DNA from: an uncultured Candidatus Bathyarchaeia archaeon
GTDB lineage: Archaea; Thermoproteota; Bathyarchaeia; TCS64
NCBI GenBank assembly: GCA_964529745.1
Contig: CAZGZR010000003.1
Location: 1,420 to 65,419, forward strand
Length of the DNA: 64,000 nt
Direction of reading: 5' to 3'
Shown here piece after piece: positions 26,907-35,949 of this stretch (its first letter is position 1; each line of letters opens with the position of its first letter). The translations under genes and the position numbers were made by a program. Under the pieces are notes generated by a model that was given only the letters and a program-made list of their open reading frames with translations, did no database searches and was not told the origin of the DNA.

Positions 26907-27929
26907 TCAGCTCTCTGCTACGACCTCGTGCCTCAGGACGCCGATGGGCTGGATCTCGCACTCGACTATGTCACCGACCTTGAGGAAGCCCTCGGGGCCC
27001 CAGCTGTGGGCGACGCCGGCCACGGTGCCCGTTGCGATGACGTCCCCCGGCATCAGCGTCGTGCCGTTGCTCAGGTACTCGATGATCCTGGGTATCCGGA
27101 CGATCATGTTGTCCAGGGTGTTGTTCTGCCTCTCCTGGCCGCTGACCCTGGTCTTGAGCCTCAGCGGCGGATTGAACGGGTCCCTGATCTCGTCGCTGGT
27201 GACGATGCATGGCCCCATGGGGGCGGCGTTGTCCATCCCCTTGCCCTTGGTCCAGTTTATGTCACGCTTGAACATGGGGAAGTCCACGTCCTGGGGGAAG
27301 CCCTGGTCCCGGGCGCTGACGTCTATCATTATGGTGTAGCCGGCGACGTGGTCGTAAGCCTTCCCCGCCGGGATATACTTGCCCTTCCTGCCGATGACGA
27401 CGGCGAGCTCGCACTCGTAGTCCATCCTATCCGTGGCCTTCACCTTGATGAGGGGGTCGCGGGGCCCCACCACCAGCGTGGGGGGCTTCTGGAACATGTC
27501 GGGGACGTCCAGCTTCAGGCTCTTGAGCCTCTCGATGGCCTTCCTCCGCTCCTCAGGATCCTTTATGCGCTCCGTGGCGTGGTCGTAGAAGTTGGCGGCG
27601 GCGCAGTACAGCTTCCCCGGCCTCGGGACAGGGGCCAGCAGCTTCGCCTCGTCCAGCGACAGCACGATCTTCTCCTCGTCGATGCCCTCCGCCCCGGGAT
27701 TTTTCTCCGCGTAGGCGAGGGCTTCATCGGCGGCCTTCATGGACTCGTCTCCTCCCTCGAGGAACCCGATCATGCAGCCGGGGATCAGGGCGTCGGCTCT
27801 TCTCCTAGGCGAGGATACGCCTTCCTCTTTAAGCTTCACGGCGTAAGCCGAGTTGAGGTCAACGATCCTGTCGCCCTTGAGGGCGCCGACTCGTTCCTCC
27901 GTGTGAACCCTAAAAGTCACTAGCTTCAT
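26907..27929 (-). CDS. Fumarylacetoacetate hydrolase family protein
   Basis: NF.DHA.E, FQKP, DYECELAVVIG, DVSARD, KGK, PGDVIATGT. Confidence 0.92.
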   Translation of the reverse strand: MKLVTFRVHTEERVGALKGDRIVDLNSAYAVKLKEEGVSSPRRRADALIPGCMIGFLEGGDESMKAADEALAYAEKNPGAEGIDEEKIVLSLDEAKLLAPVPRPGKLYCAAANFYDHATERIKDPEERRKAIERLKSLKLDVPDMFQKPPTLVVGPRDPLIKVKATDRMDYECELAVVIGRKGKYIPAGKAYDHVAGYTIMIDVSARDQGFPQDVDFPMFKRDINWTKGKGMDNAAPMGPCIVTSDEIRDPFNPPLRLKTRVSGQERQNNTLDNMIVRIPRIIEYLSNGTTLMPGDVIATGTVAGVAHSWGPEGFLKVGDIVECEIQPIGVLRHEVVAES

Positions 27930-27978
27930 GGTCTCTCTCTATAGGATCTACAGAGGTACTAGAAAATAGTGCTGGAGG

Positions 27979-28404
27979 CTATACAACAGGGTAGCCCGCC
28001 TTTATCCACCCCGTGATGCCCTCGAACATGCGGTATATCTTAGTGAACCCCAAGTCCTCTAGAATGTCCACGGCCTGCGCGCTCCTGTTTCCCGTCCGGC
28101 AGTAAACCAGCAGCTCGTCCTCAATCGACAGCTCGTCGAAGCGGACGCTAAGCTCCTGGACGGGGATGTTCACGGCGCCCTCGATGTGGCCCTCCTCGTA
28201 CTCCGACGCCGTCCTCACGTCCAGTATAACCAGATCCGGCTTGTCCTCTATGAGTCTCCTGGCCTCCTGTACGGTGACGTCGCCGTAGCTGCTCCGGGGT
28301 AGAAGCGACGGGGCGAAGAGCACAGAGGCTATGACTGCCAAGGCGAGCACCACATAGAGAATTCTCCTTTCTCGCTGCTCAAGCCTCTTCATAGGGAATC
28401 TCAC
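27979..28404 (-). CDS. Membrane-anchored rhodanese domain protein
   Basis: N-terminal TM; LDVRT..EY..GHI.GA, YCRTGNRS, GI.GW. Confidence 0.9.
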   Translation of the reverse strand: MRFPMKRLEQRERRILYVVLALAVIASVLFAPSLLPRSSYGDVTVQEARRLIEDKPDLVILDVRTASEYEEGHIEGAVNIPVQELSVRFDELSIEDELLVYCRTGNRSAQAVDILEDLGFTKIYRMFEGITGWIKAGYPVV

Positions 28405-28441
28405 AGAAGGGCGACGTAATAACCTGAGCCAGTTTAAGGCG

Positions 28442-29527
28442 TCATATTCTGTGGGTGTTGAAGCCCTTGGTTAAGCCCTCGATGGCCAAGGTCAAGATCT
28501 CCGTCAGGTTGTGGAGGTCGTCCAGGCTTATGACCTCGACGGGGCTGTGGCTGTACCTCCTGGGAACGCCGATGCTGACGGCGGCGACACCCGCCTTGGT
28601 CTGCTGCATCGCTGACGCGTCCGTGCCTCCGTGCATGAGGCCGGTCTGGTACGGTATGCCGTTCATCCCCGCAACGCCTATGAGCCACTTCCTCAGCATC
28701 TGGTTCCCGAGCCGCGTCCTTGAGCCCAGCTCGCCTATGTGGATGGCGGGGCCCTTCCCCACCTCGTAGTAGATGTCCATCATGTTTACGTCTGGCTGGT
28801 AGCCGGCGGAGCACGTGTCTATGGCCACAGCCATGACCACGTCCAGGTCATGCACCGCCACCTCGGCGCCTCTGAGCCCTATCTCCTCCTCGACGGTGCC
28901 GACGTAGTAGACCGTCGCCGGTATGGGCTTGTCGCTGAGGTTCCTCGCTACAGCTATGATTGCGGCGAGCCCCACCCTGTCGTCGGCCGCCGGCGTCGCC
29001 ACGTAGTTGTGGGCCAGCTCCACGGGGGCGGTGTTCCAGACTATGGGGGTGCCTATCTCGACGCCCCAGCTGATTGCCTCCTCCCAGCTGTTGGCTCCTA
29101 TGTCGATGTACATCTCATCTATAGGCGGGACCTTGTACGCCTCCTCAGGCTTGGTGATGTGCCCCGGCTTGATGCCGACGACGCCCATTATGGGGCCTTC
29201 GTCGATTAGAACCCTTACCTGGTGGCCCATTATGCACCGGGGGACGGCGCCGCCTACGCGCCTGAACCTGATGAAACCCTTCTCATCCACGTTGAAGACG
29301 ACGAACCCCACCTGGTCCATGTGGGCTGCGAGGGCTATCCCGGGAGCCTCGGGGTCCGTGCCCCTCTGGACCCCCACCACGTTCCCGCGCGGCGTGTCGT
29401 AGACCTCGTCGCAGACCGGACTCAGCTCATCCACGAGCCTCCTCATCATGGGCTCCTCGAAGCCGCTGGGGCTCCCTATCTCCACGAGGCTGAATAAAAG
29501 CTGTTTAAGGCCCTCCAAACGCTGCAC
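28442..29527 (-). CDS. M42 family (TET-like) aminopeptidase
   Basis: SPSGFE, AHMDQ, ADDR.G, EEIGLRGA, AIDT, GGTDA, RYSHS. Confidence 0.93.
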   Translation of the reverse strand: MQRLEGLKQLLFSLVEIGSPSGFEEPMMRRLVDELSPVCDEVYDTPRGNVVGVQRGTDPEAPGIALAAHMDQVGFVVFNVDEKGFIRFRRVGGAVPRCIMGHQVRVLIDEGPIMGVVGIKPGHITKPEEAYKVPPIDEMYIDIGANSWEEAISWGVEIGTPIVWNTAPVELAHNYVATPAADDRVGLAAIIAVARNLSDKPIPATVYYVGTVEEEIGLRGAEVAVHDLDVVMAVAIDTCSAGYQPDVNMMDIYYEVGKGPAIHIGELGSRTRLGNQMLRKWLIGVAGMNGIPYQTGLMHGGTDASAMQQTKAGVAAVSIGVPRRYSHSPVEVISLDDLHNLTEILTLAIEGLTKGFNTHRI

Positions 29528-29567
29528 CTCAATAGAAGATACGGGCCGTCGATGAAATGGTTTTGGG

Positions 29568-29891
29568 TCAGATCTCTATGACGTCTTTGCTGGCTTTCCC
29601 CGGCCTCGCCGTCTCCGGGTTCACGTCCTCCAGCATCTCCAGGAGGCTCTCCAGCTTCTCGTTCATCAATATGTCCTTGAACTCCAAGTACTCATCGGCT
29701 GACCTAATTATGAGGCCCCGGCGCTTCGTCGGGCTGCCGCTGGCGTCCACCGGGTTCACCTCGACGCAAAGGCTCGGCTCCCTGTTCTTGCTGCCCGGCA
29801 TCCTCATCACGAAGACCCCCGGGACGGTCGTCTTCACCTTCTCCCAGTCTTTGCCCTTCTGAAGAAATTCCGCTAGCTTCTCCTCTGACAT
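29568..29891 (-). CDS. Conserved archaeal hypothetical protein
   Basis: GKDWE...T.VPGVFV.R.P......L.VEVNPV...G.P.KRRGL; GGTATA TATA-like upstream. Confidence 0.75.
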   Translation of the reverse strand: MSEEKLAEFLQKGKDWEKVKTTVPGVFVMRMPGSKNREPSLCVEVNPVDASGSPTKRRGLIIRSADEYLEFKDILMNEKLESLLEMLEDVNPETARPGKASKDVIEI

Positions 29892-29968
29892 ACCCTGATC
29901 AACCCGTTCCCGGTATACAAGGGTTACCCAAGAGCTTCACCGGTTATTTATAGTTTAACCTCGAATAC

Positions 29969-31666
29969 ATGTACATGGTTTCTGAAGGGTTCGTCTATCA
30001 GGACAGGCGCTGGGTGGGCGCCGGTAGGAGCGACTGTGTCGCTGAGAACGGGATGGTGGCGTCCAAGCACTCCCTCATAGGGGAGGCCGGCGTCGCCGTC
30101 ATGAAGAAGGGTGGGAACGCCGTGGACGCGGCAGTCGCCGCCGCTTTCATGGACTGCGTCGTCGAGCCGGCGATGAACGGCATAGGCGGGGAGGGCGTCA
30201 TGGCGATACACCTGGAGTCCGGCGAGAACGTCATAGTGGACTACGTTGGCAGGCCGTCAGTGAACTGCACCCCTGACATGTACGAGGTGGAGGACGTCGC
30301 CGAGCCGGGGTGGATGGGCTGGTACAAGGTGAAGGACGACGCCAACGTCGTCGGACACAAGGCCTGCACCACGCCGGGCACCGTCGCGGGACTCACGACG
30401 GCCCTCGAGCGGTACGGCACCATGAGCCTCGGGGAGGTCATGGCTCCAGCCATAAAGGTGGCAAAGGAGGGCTTCACCGTGGGCTGGTGGACCGCCGACC
30501 ACATCTTCAGGCGCATGGAGGGGTTCTGGGGGTTCGACGAGTGGAGGCGGGTCTACCTCAGGGAGGGCCGGTTCCCGTACCTTCCCTACGTCCGAGGGAT
30601 GGCTGAGCCTCACGTCCTCGTGAACGAGGAGCTCGCCAAGTGCCTTGAGGCGATTTCGCTGGAGGGGCGCGACGCCTTCTACGAGGGATGGATAGCCAGG
30701 GCCATCTCGGATGAGATGGAGAGGGGCGGCGGCCTCATTACCATGGAGGACCTGGCCATGTACGAGCCAATCATACACTCGCCCGACCCGGGGAGCTACA
30801 GGGGCATCGACGTGGTGTACGACCCTACCCACAGCGGGACCACGATGATGCAGATACTCAACATCATGGAGGGATACGACTATTCATCAATGGGGTTCAT
30901 GAGCCCTGAGCGCCTCCACGTCGTCGCCGAGAGCGTCGGCCTTGCCTTCGCTGACAGGTTCAAGTACATGGGTGACCCCGGCTTCGTGGAGGTCCCCCAG
31001 AGGGGCCTAGTCTCCAAGGAGTACGCAGCCGAGCTCCGGGGGAGGATAGACCCCGAGAGGGCTGGCGCCGTGGAGTTCCATGACCCGTGGCCCTACGAGT
31101 CGGAGTGCACCACGGCCCTCGCCGTGGCCGACAAGGCTGGGAACATGGTCTGCGTCAACCAGACTCTCGTCAACTCCTTCGGCTGCGGCGTCGTGATACC
31201 CGGCACAGGCATAGTAATGAACAACGCCATGTACGGCCTCGACCCGGAGCCGGGCCACGCAAACAGCATCGACGGCAGGAAGCGTCGTATACAGAACGTG
31301 TGCCCAACCGTGCTGCTCGACGAAGGAGAGCCCTACATGGTACTCGGCGCTCCCGGCGGCAGGAACATACAGGTCTCCGTGGCCCAGGTCATCCACCACG
31401 TCGTCGATTACGGGATGGGGGCCCAGGACGCCGTGGACGCCCCGAGGCTGACCCGGGAGACCGGGACCGTCTACATCGACTCTCGATACCCGGCCGCCAC
31501 GAGGGACGAGCTTGTATCCATGGGCCACGACATCGACTGGGTAGACCCCGAGCTCAAGAGCTGGGGCAGGCCGGTGGCCGTGGTCACGGACAGAGATACC
31601 GGGCTGCTCCACGGCGGCGTCTACTCGCTGTTGACAGGATTCGAGTCCATGGCGGTAGGGTTCTAA
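29969..31666 (+). CDS. Gamma-glutamyltransferase family (Ntn) acylase
   Basis: GGNAVDAAVA, VEP..NGIGG, PGTVAG, FY.G.IA, TTALAVAD..GN (Thr nucleophile), FG.G, GAPGG..I. Confidence 0.92.
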   Translation: MYMVSEGFVYQDRRWVGAGRSDCVAENGMVASKHSLIGEAGVAVMKKGGNAVDAAVAAAFMDCVVEPAMNGIGGEGVMAIHLESGENVIVDYVGRPSVNCTPDMYEVEDVAEPGWMGWYKVKDDANVVGHKACTTPGTVAGLTTALERYGTMSLGEVMAPAIKVAKEGFTVGWWTADHIFRRMEGFWGFDEWRRVYLREGRFPYLPYVRGMAEPHVLVNEELAKCLEAISLEGRDAFYEGWIARAISDEMERGGGLITMEDLAMYEPIIHSPDPGSYRGIDVVYDPTHSGTTMMQILNIMEGYDYSSMGFMSPERLHVVAESVGLAFADRFKYMGDPGFVEVPQRGLVSKEYAAELRGRIDPERAGAVEFHDPWPYESECTTALAVADKAGNMVCVNQTLVNSFGCGVVIPGTGIVMNNAMYGLDPEPGHANSIDGRKRRIQNVCPTVLLDEGEPYMVLGAPGGRNIQVSVAQVIHHVVDYGMGAQDAVDAPRLTRETGTVYIDSRYPAATRDELVSMGHDIDWVDPELKSWGRPVAVVTDRDTGLLHGGVYSLLTGFESMAVGF

Positions 31667-31703
31667 GACCCGACAGCGGGGCTGCCCCCGGTGGGCTCTA
31701 AGA

Positions 31704-32534
31704 CTATCGACCAGCTGAGCCCAGGAGGGCCCGCACCTCCCTCAGGAGCTCGTCCCTATCTTCCTCTTCATCCCGCCAGAGTCTATCCAGCTCCCGCCGC
31801 CGCTCCGCCGAGATCAGTCCTTGAGCCCTGGCCTGGTTCAACGCCTCGACGAACTCCCTGTATACGTTCCTCGTCTTCCTCGGTCTGGCCAGCCTCTCCC
31901 TGATCACCTCTCGCCGGGTCTTGATGCTGGACAACAACTCGATGAGCGGCCTCATCTCCCTCAGCGCCTGTCCGAAGGATTCTCGGTTCAACGGGGTGTT
32001 GATCGACGCCAGATGGACCTCCGGGGACCTCGGCTTGACGTAGACAGACTGGTTGTTGACGATCCTTCTGCCCCCTTTCCGCAGCTCGTCGGCCTCATCC
32101 AGCAGCCTTCTGAGAAGCCCACCGTCCAGCCTTGAGGTCAGATACCTCCTTACGGGCTCGGTGTCGGGGCGGTCACTGCTTCCGCTGTAGAGCTTTGTCT
32201 CGTACACTGTGGGGAGGCCCCCGAGCAGATTAAACAGCTTTTCATGCTCCTCCATGTGGGTCTCCCTGAAGATGTTCTCCAGTTGTTCGACGCTATTCTT
32301 GGACAGGTAGACGATGGCCAGCGCTAGCTCTTGGTCTCCGAGTCGCAGCTGGAGGCTCGGTAGCGGCCTATCCTCTTCCTTACCCGTTCCTCTCAGGGAT
32401 ACAGTAAGCAGGTCTTCGGCTGACACGTTCTCCATGACCTCTCTCTCGCTGAGGCTGGGAACCAGCCCGTCCAGCTCCTCCTCCACTAGCCTGTACCATC
32501 CGACGTATTTTCCTCTCCAAGCCATCCGCTTCAC
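31704..32534 (-). CDS. Hypothetical protein
   Basis: 276-aa charged ORF filling the gap, host-like codons; no motif recognised. Confidence 0.7.
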   Translation of the reverse strand: MKRMAWRGKYVGWYRLVEEELDGLVPSLSEREVMENVSAEDLLTVSLRGTGKEEDRPLPSLQLRLGDQELALAIVYLSKNSVEQLENIFRETHMEEHEKLFNLLGGLPTVYETKLYSGSSDRPDTEPVRRYLTSRLDGGLLRRLLDEADELRKGGRRIVNNQSVYVKPRSPEVHLASINTPLNRESFGQALREMRPLIELLSSIKTRREVIRERLARPRKTRNVYREFVEALNQARAQGLISAERRRELDRLWRDEEEDRDELLREVRALLGSAGR

Positions 32535-32595
32535 CGGGCTAACCAGAGAAGGTGTGAGTGCCTAAAAAAGTGTTGAGAAAAAAGGAAAGGGGGGT

Positions 32596-33372
32596 TTAGG
32601 AGGTTGAGGCCGTTTTTCTTGCTTTGGCGCTCGTGTTCTTGGCGCTCACGCTCGGAGTCAGCGCATCGGTGCTCTGCACCTGGGGTTTCCTCCAGCCCCA
32701 GCCGATGGGGTGGGCGCTGCCCCTCATGTGGAAGCCGTACATGTCTCCGTCGTGGCTCATGTAGCCTTTCATGGCCAGCCTCACGCCGAACCGCGCTCTG
32801 CCTATCCTTCCGATGGCCCATAGGTCCAGGTCTTCCCCGTGGAGCTTCATCACGAAGACTCCGTCGCTGCCTAGGACCGCCACTCCCTTGACGCCTACGC
32901 GTTCACCGTTGTGGCCTACTATGCCCCAGACGATGTCGTAGACTACGCCGTACTCGGTCGTCTTGACCTTCGTTGCCGCGAACATCGTGCCGATCGGGGT
33001 AGCTAGGCTGCTCTCCTCTACGTCAGCGTCGCCCAGGGGCCACGAGGAGCCATATGTGCGGGCGATCCACAGCGGGCTCGCCGTGTCGTCGTCCTCCACC
33101 GCGGGGGCGTTCTCTGCGGCGCTGATCCTGTCATCGATCTCGTTCTCGTTGAGGTCGTCGAGCTCGATGGCCTCAGGCTGCGTCAGCTTTAACCTTTTCT
33201 GTATCTCAGCCTTCAGGGACTGCTGTATACTCTGCACACGCTGAGCCCGATTAACAAAAGCCTCGGGCTGGGGGGAGTTGTTGTCCACCGCGGCGGCCAT
33301 GACGGGCGTCACCGCGAGGAACGAGGCCACTATGAGGGCCATCACCATCAGGGTTTTGGTTCTTGTCTTCAT
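32596..33372 (-). CDS. Secreted/surface hypothetical protein
   Basis: MKTRTKTLMVMALIVASFLAVTPVMAA signal peptide, acidic linker, beta-rich core. Confidence 0.75.
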   Translation of the reverse strand: MKTRTKTLMVMALIVASFLAVTPVMAAAVDNNSPQPEAFVNRAQRVQSIQQSLKAEIQKRLKLTQPEAIELDDLNENEIDDRISAAENAPAVEDDDTASPLWIARTYGSSWPLGDADVEESSLATPIGTMFAATKVKTTEYGVVYDIVWGIVGHNGERVGVKGVAVLGSDGVFVMKLHGEDLDLWAIGRIGRARFGVRLAMKGYMSHDGDMYGFHMRGSAHPIGWGWRKPQVQSTDALTPSVSAKNTSAKARKTASTS

Positions 33373-33426
33373 TTTTGACCGTTGCACCCATAGGCGTAAG
33401 TATACCATAAGGAACCCCGTGGACGC

Positions 33427-33512
33427 GGTGTTTCAGAACCGGAACCGCTGTTTCACCCGACGAAGGCGCCGTATTTCACGATGTTTTCACCCGGAGGGCC
33501 TCATTTTTCACC
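33427..33512 (-). promoter_or_regulatory. Helically phased TGAAA direct-repeat array upstream of the secreted-protein gene
   Basis: TTTCA at 33431, 33451, 33474, 33485, 33506 (+ strand). Confidence 0.45.
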
Positions 33513-33533
33513 GCTCTGAACGTCTGGTCCTCT

Positions 33534-34499
33534 TTAGCCGTAGTTCCTGCTGGTCAAGACCACGACGAACGTGGACTCCCTGGGCCTGGCCTTCTCCTTG
33601 ACGTATTCGGTCATCGCCGCCAGAGCCGCGGAGGACGCCGGGAGCACGGCCAGCCCCTCCTCATTCAAGAGCATCTGGCTGAACGCGGCGAGCACCTCGT
33701 CCCCCAGACCCACGGCGTATCCGCCGCTGTCCCAGAGGGCGTCCAGCGCGTGCTGTCCGTCGAGGCTCCTCCAGCTGACGATGGGCTCGTTCACCGGGGT
33801 CTCCACGATGCTCTCGGGGTCGAGTTCCTTTATCCTCTTTTTCCCTTTGTTGTAGCTGGTTACTATGGGGTTTCCCCCGTCCGTGCTCGCGCAGACCATG
33901 ACAGGTACCTTGTCGGTGAGCCCTCGCCGCCTCAGCCTCTTGAAACCTTGGTATATGCCGCTGAAGCACGTGCCGTTGCTCGTGGAGACCGAGACAGCGT
34001 CTGGGGCGTAGCCGAGTTCGTCGAAGACCTCCCGGGAGATGGTCTCGTAGGCTTTTAGGCTGGCATCCGTGTTCTCTTTTGTACCTGGGTTGCCGTTGTA
34101 CCACCCTTTTTCCGCCGCCTCCTGTGCACTCAGTTCCACCAGCTCTTCGTAGGTTCCGGGGGCGATGTGGACTACACCGCCCTGTCTCTCCATCTCGGCT
34201 ATGCGCGGCGCTTGGTACTTCTCAGGTATGTACACGTGGGGCTTGATCTCGAAGTACCTGCTGAGGTGAACTATGCTGGCGCCGAAGTTGCCGCAGCTGG
34301 CGACCGCTATCTCGTCGTGACCCTTCTCCCTGGCTAGCTGGAGGGTGGCGTAGCCGGCCCTGTCCTTCATGGTACCCGTGGGGTTCCCGCCCTCGAACTT
34401 TAGCCAGAGTTTACTGAAATCTAGCAATTTTTCTATGTTTCTTGAACGAGTAAAAACGGTGTCCCCTATGCCCACTTCTTTAAACTTATCTGTGAACAT
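33534..34499 (-). CDS. PLP-dependent fold-type II enzyme (threonine synthase-like, no Zn ribbon)
   Basis: LKFEGGNPTGTMKDR (PLP Lys), ASCGNFG.S, STSNGT, EEGL.VLPAS.AALA, VVVLT. Confidence 0.9.
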   Translation of the reverse strand: MFTDKFKEVGIGDTVFTRSRNIEKLLDFSKLWLKFEGGNPTGTMKDRAGYATLQLAREKGHDEIAVASCGNFGASIVHLSRYFEIKPHVYIPEKYQAPRIAEMERQGGVVHIAPGTYEELVELSAQEAAEKGWYNGNPGTKENTDASLKAYETISREVFDELGYAPDAVSVSTSNGTCFSGIYQGFKRLRRRGLTDKVPVMVCASTDGGNPIVTSYNKGKKRIKELDPESIVETPVNEPIVSWRSLDGQHALDALWDSGGYAVGLGDEVLAAFSQMLLNEEGLAVLPASSAALAAMTEYVKEKARPRESTFVVVLTSRNYG

Positions 34500-34583
34500 G
34501 CCCTGTTTTCATGGCCCCTGCTTTTTAGAAAGAAATATTACGATCAATTAAAGTCACCGATCTAGAATAGTAGGTCCGAAACA

Positions 34584-35942
34584 GTGAATGGCCTAAGCAT
34601 AAACGCGAGGCAGACAGCCCACGGCTTCGAGATTCTCTTCCGTGGCTCCAAGTACGTCATGAACTATCCTGACGAGATATGGCAGGCGTACCCGCAGGAG
34701 GCCAAGGACATTCTCTTCGACAACCTGGTCTACGCCGAGACTGTCCACCTCCCCCTGACCTTCAGGAAACGCGAGATCAGGTTCAACACGTCTCCCCCGT
34801 TCTTCCAGACCCAGTTCTTCCAGAACATGGTCATGGACCTCCCCAGCTGCGCCGACGTGGACGGCACCTACACCTCGGAGCTCCTGAAGGAGTTCATGAA
34901 CCTGAAGACGAGGTTCAAGGACAACGAGATAAAGATCCCCGCCTTCAAGGACGAGACCCGCGAGGACTCAAGCGTTGTGAGCCTCAGCTTCGGCAAGGAC
35001 AGCCTCCTGACTTGGGCGGTTTGTCGAGAGCTGGGCCTTAATCCCCAGGCGGCGTACATCGTGGAGCCCGTGCTGCTCTACGAGGAGAAGCACAAGGACA
35101 AGCTGGCCAAGGAGTTCCAGAAGGAGTTCGGCGTGGAGCTCCAGAAGATAGAGCACACCATGGGCAACCTGAGGGACGGGCTCAGGCTGGGCGTCGGCAA
35201 GACCGAGCTGGGCTGGGGCCTCCAATCCACCCAGTACGCCATGATGATACTGCCCATCGCCCACATGTTCAGGAGCAGGTACATCCTCTTCGGCAACGAG
35301 CAGAGCTGCGGCGAGTACTACCACGACAGGGAGGGCTACGTCTGCTACCCCGCCTACGACCAGTGCCACATCTGGACGACCCAGATCGACCTCATCACCA
35401 GGCAGCTGAGCGGAGGCGGCGTGCGCACCATGAGCGTCATCGAGCCGCTGAACGACATCGCCGTCGTCTACACGCTCTACAAGAGGTACCCCGAGGTGTC
35501 CAAGTACCACATGAGCTGCTTCGTGGAGACCGAGGCGGGCAGAGACCACCGGTGGTGCATGGACTGCAGCGTCTGCAGCAAGATGTACCTCCTCATCAAG
35601 GCCTCGGGCTTCGACCCGAGGAAGGTGGGCCTGAACCGCAACATGCTCACCGAGGAGATGAAGGACTACTTCAGCCTCTTCGGCGGAAGCGACGTCAACA
35701 CCTACGCCCTCACGGGGAGGGGACGCGACGAGCAGCTCTTCGCGTTCTACCTAGCGTGGAGGAACGGCGACAGGAGCCCCCTGGTAGAGGAGTTCGAGAA
35801 ACGGTTCCTCGACGAGGCCAAGGGCAGGGAGGACGAGCTCTACAAGACCTTCTTCGAGATACAAGAGTCCATAACGTTGCCCAGCCACATCAAGAGCCAG
35901 GCGGAGAGCATCTACAGGGAGGTTCTGAGCGACGTCCCCTAG
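34584..35942 (+). CDS. PP-loop ATP pyrophosphatase, MurL (peptide epimerase)-like
   Basis: SLSFGKDSLL (PP-loop), GNEQS, S.IEPL.D, HMSC...RWCMDCSVCSK (cf. MurL SC...RWCGxCPKC), RNML. Confidence 0.7.
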   Translation: MNGLSINARQTAHGFEILFRGSKYVMNYPDEIWQAYPQEAKDILFDNLVYAETVHLPLTFRKREIRFNTSPPFFQTQFFQNMVMDLPSCADVDGTYTSELLKEFMNLKTRFKDNEIKIPAFKDETREDSSVVSLSFGKDSLLTWAVCRELGLNPQAAYIVEPVLLYEEKHKDKLAKEFQKEFGVELQKIEHTMGNLRDGLRLGVGKTELGWGLQSTQYAMMILPIAHMFRSRYILFGNEQSCGEYYHDREGYVCYPAYDQCHIWTTQIDLITRQLSGGGVRTMSVIEPLNDIAVVYTLYKRYPEVSKYHMSCFVETEAGRDHRWCMDCSVCSKMYLLIKASGFDPRKVGLNRNMLTEEMKDYFSLFGGSDVNTYALTGRGRDEQLFAFYLAWRNGDRSPLVEEFEKRFLDEAKGREDELYKTFFEIQESITLPSHIKSQAESIYREVLSDVP

Positions 35943-35949
35943 GCTGCGG

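Noticed and set aside
33534..34499. Calling the PLP enzyme thrC or cysteate synthase (CoM pathway with ComB)
   Set aside because: It lacks the N-terminal Zn ribbon and EGxTP/GxKT motifs typical of those enzymes, is shorter, and is 15 kb from comB; no specific function can be assigned.
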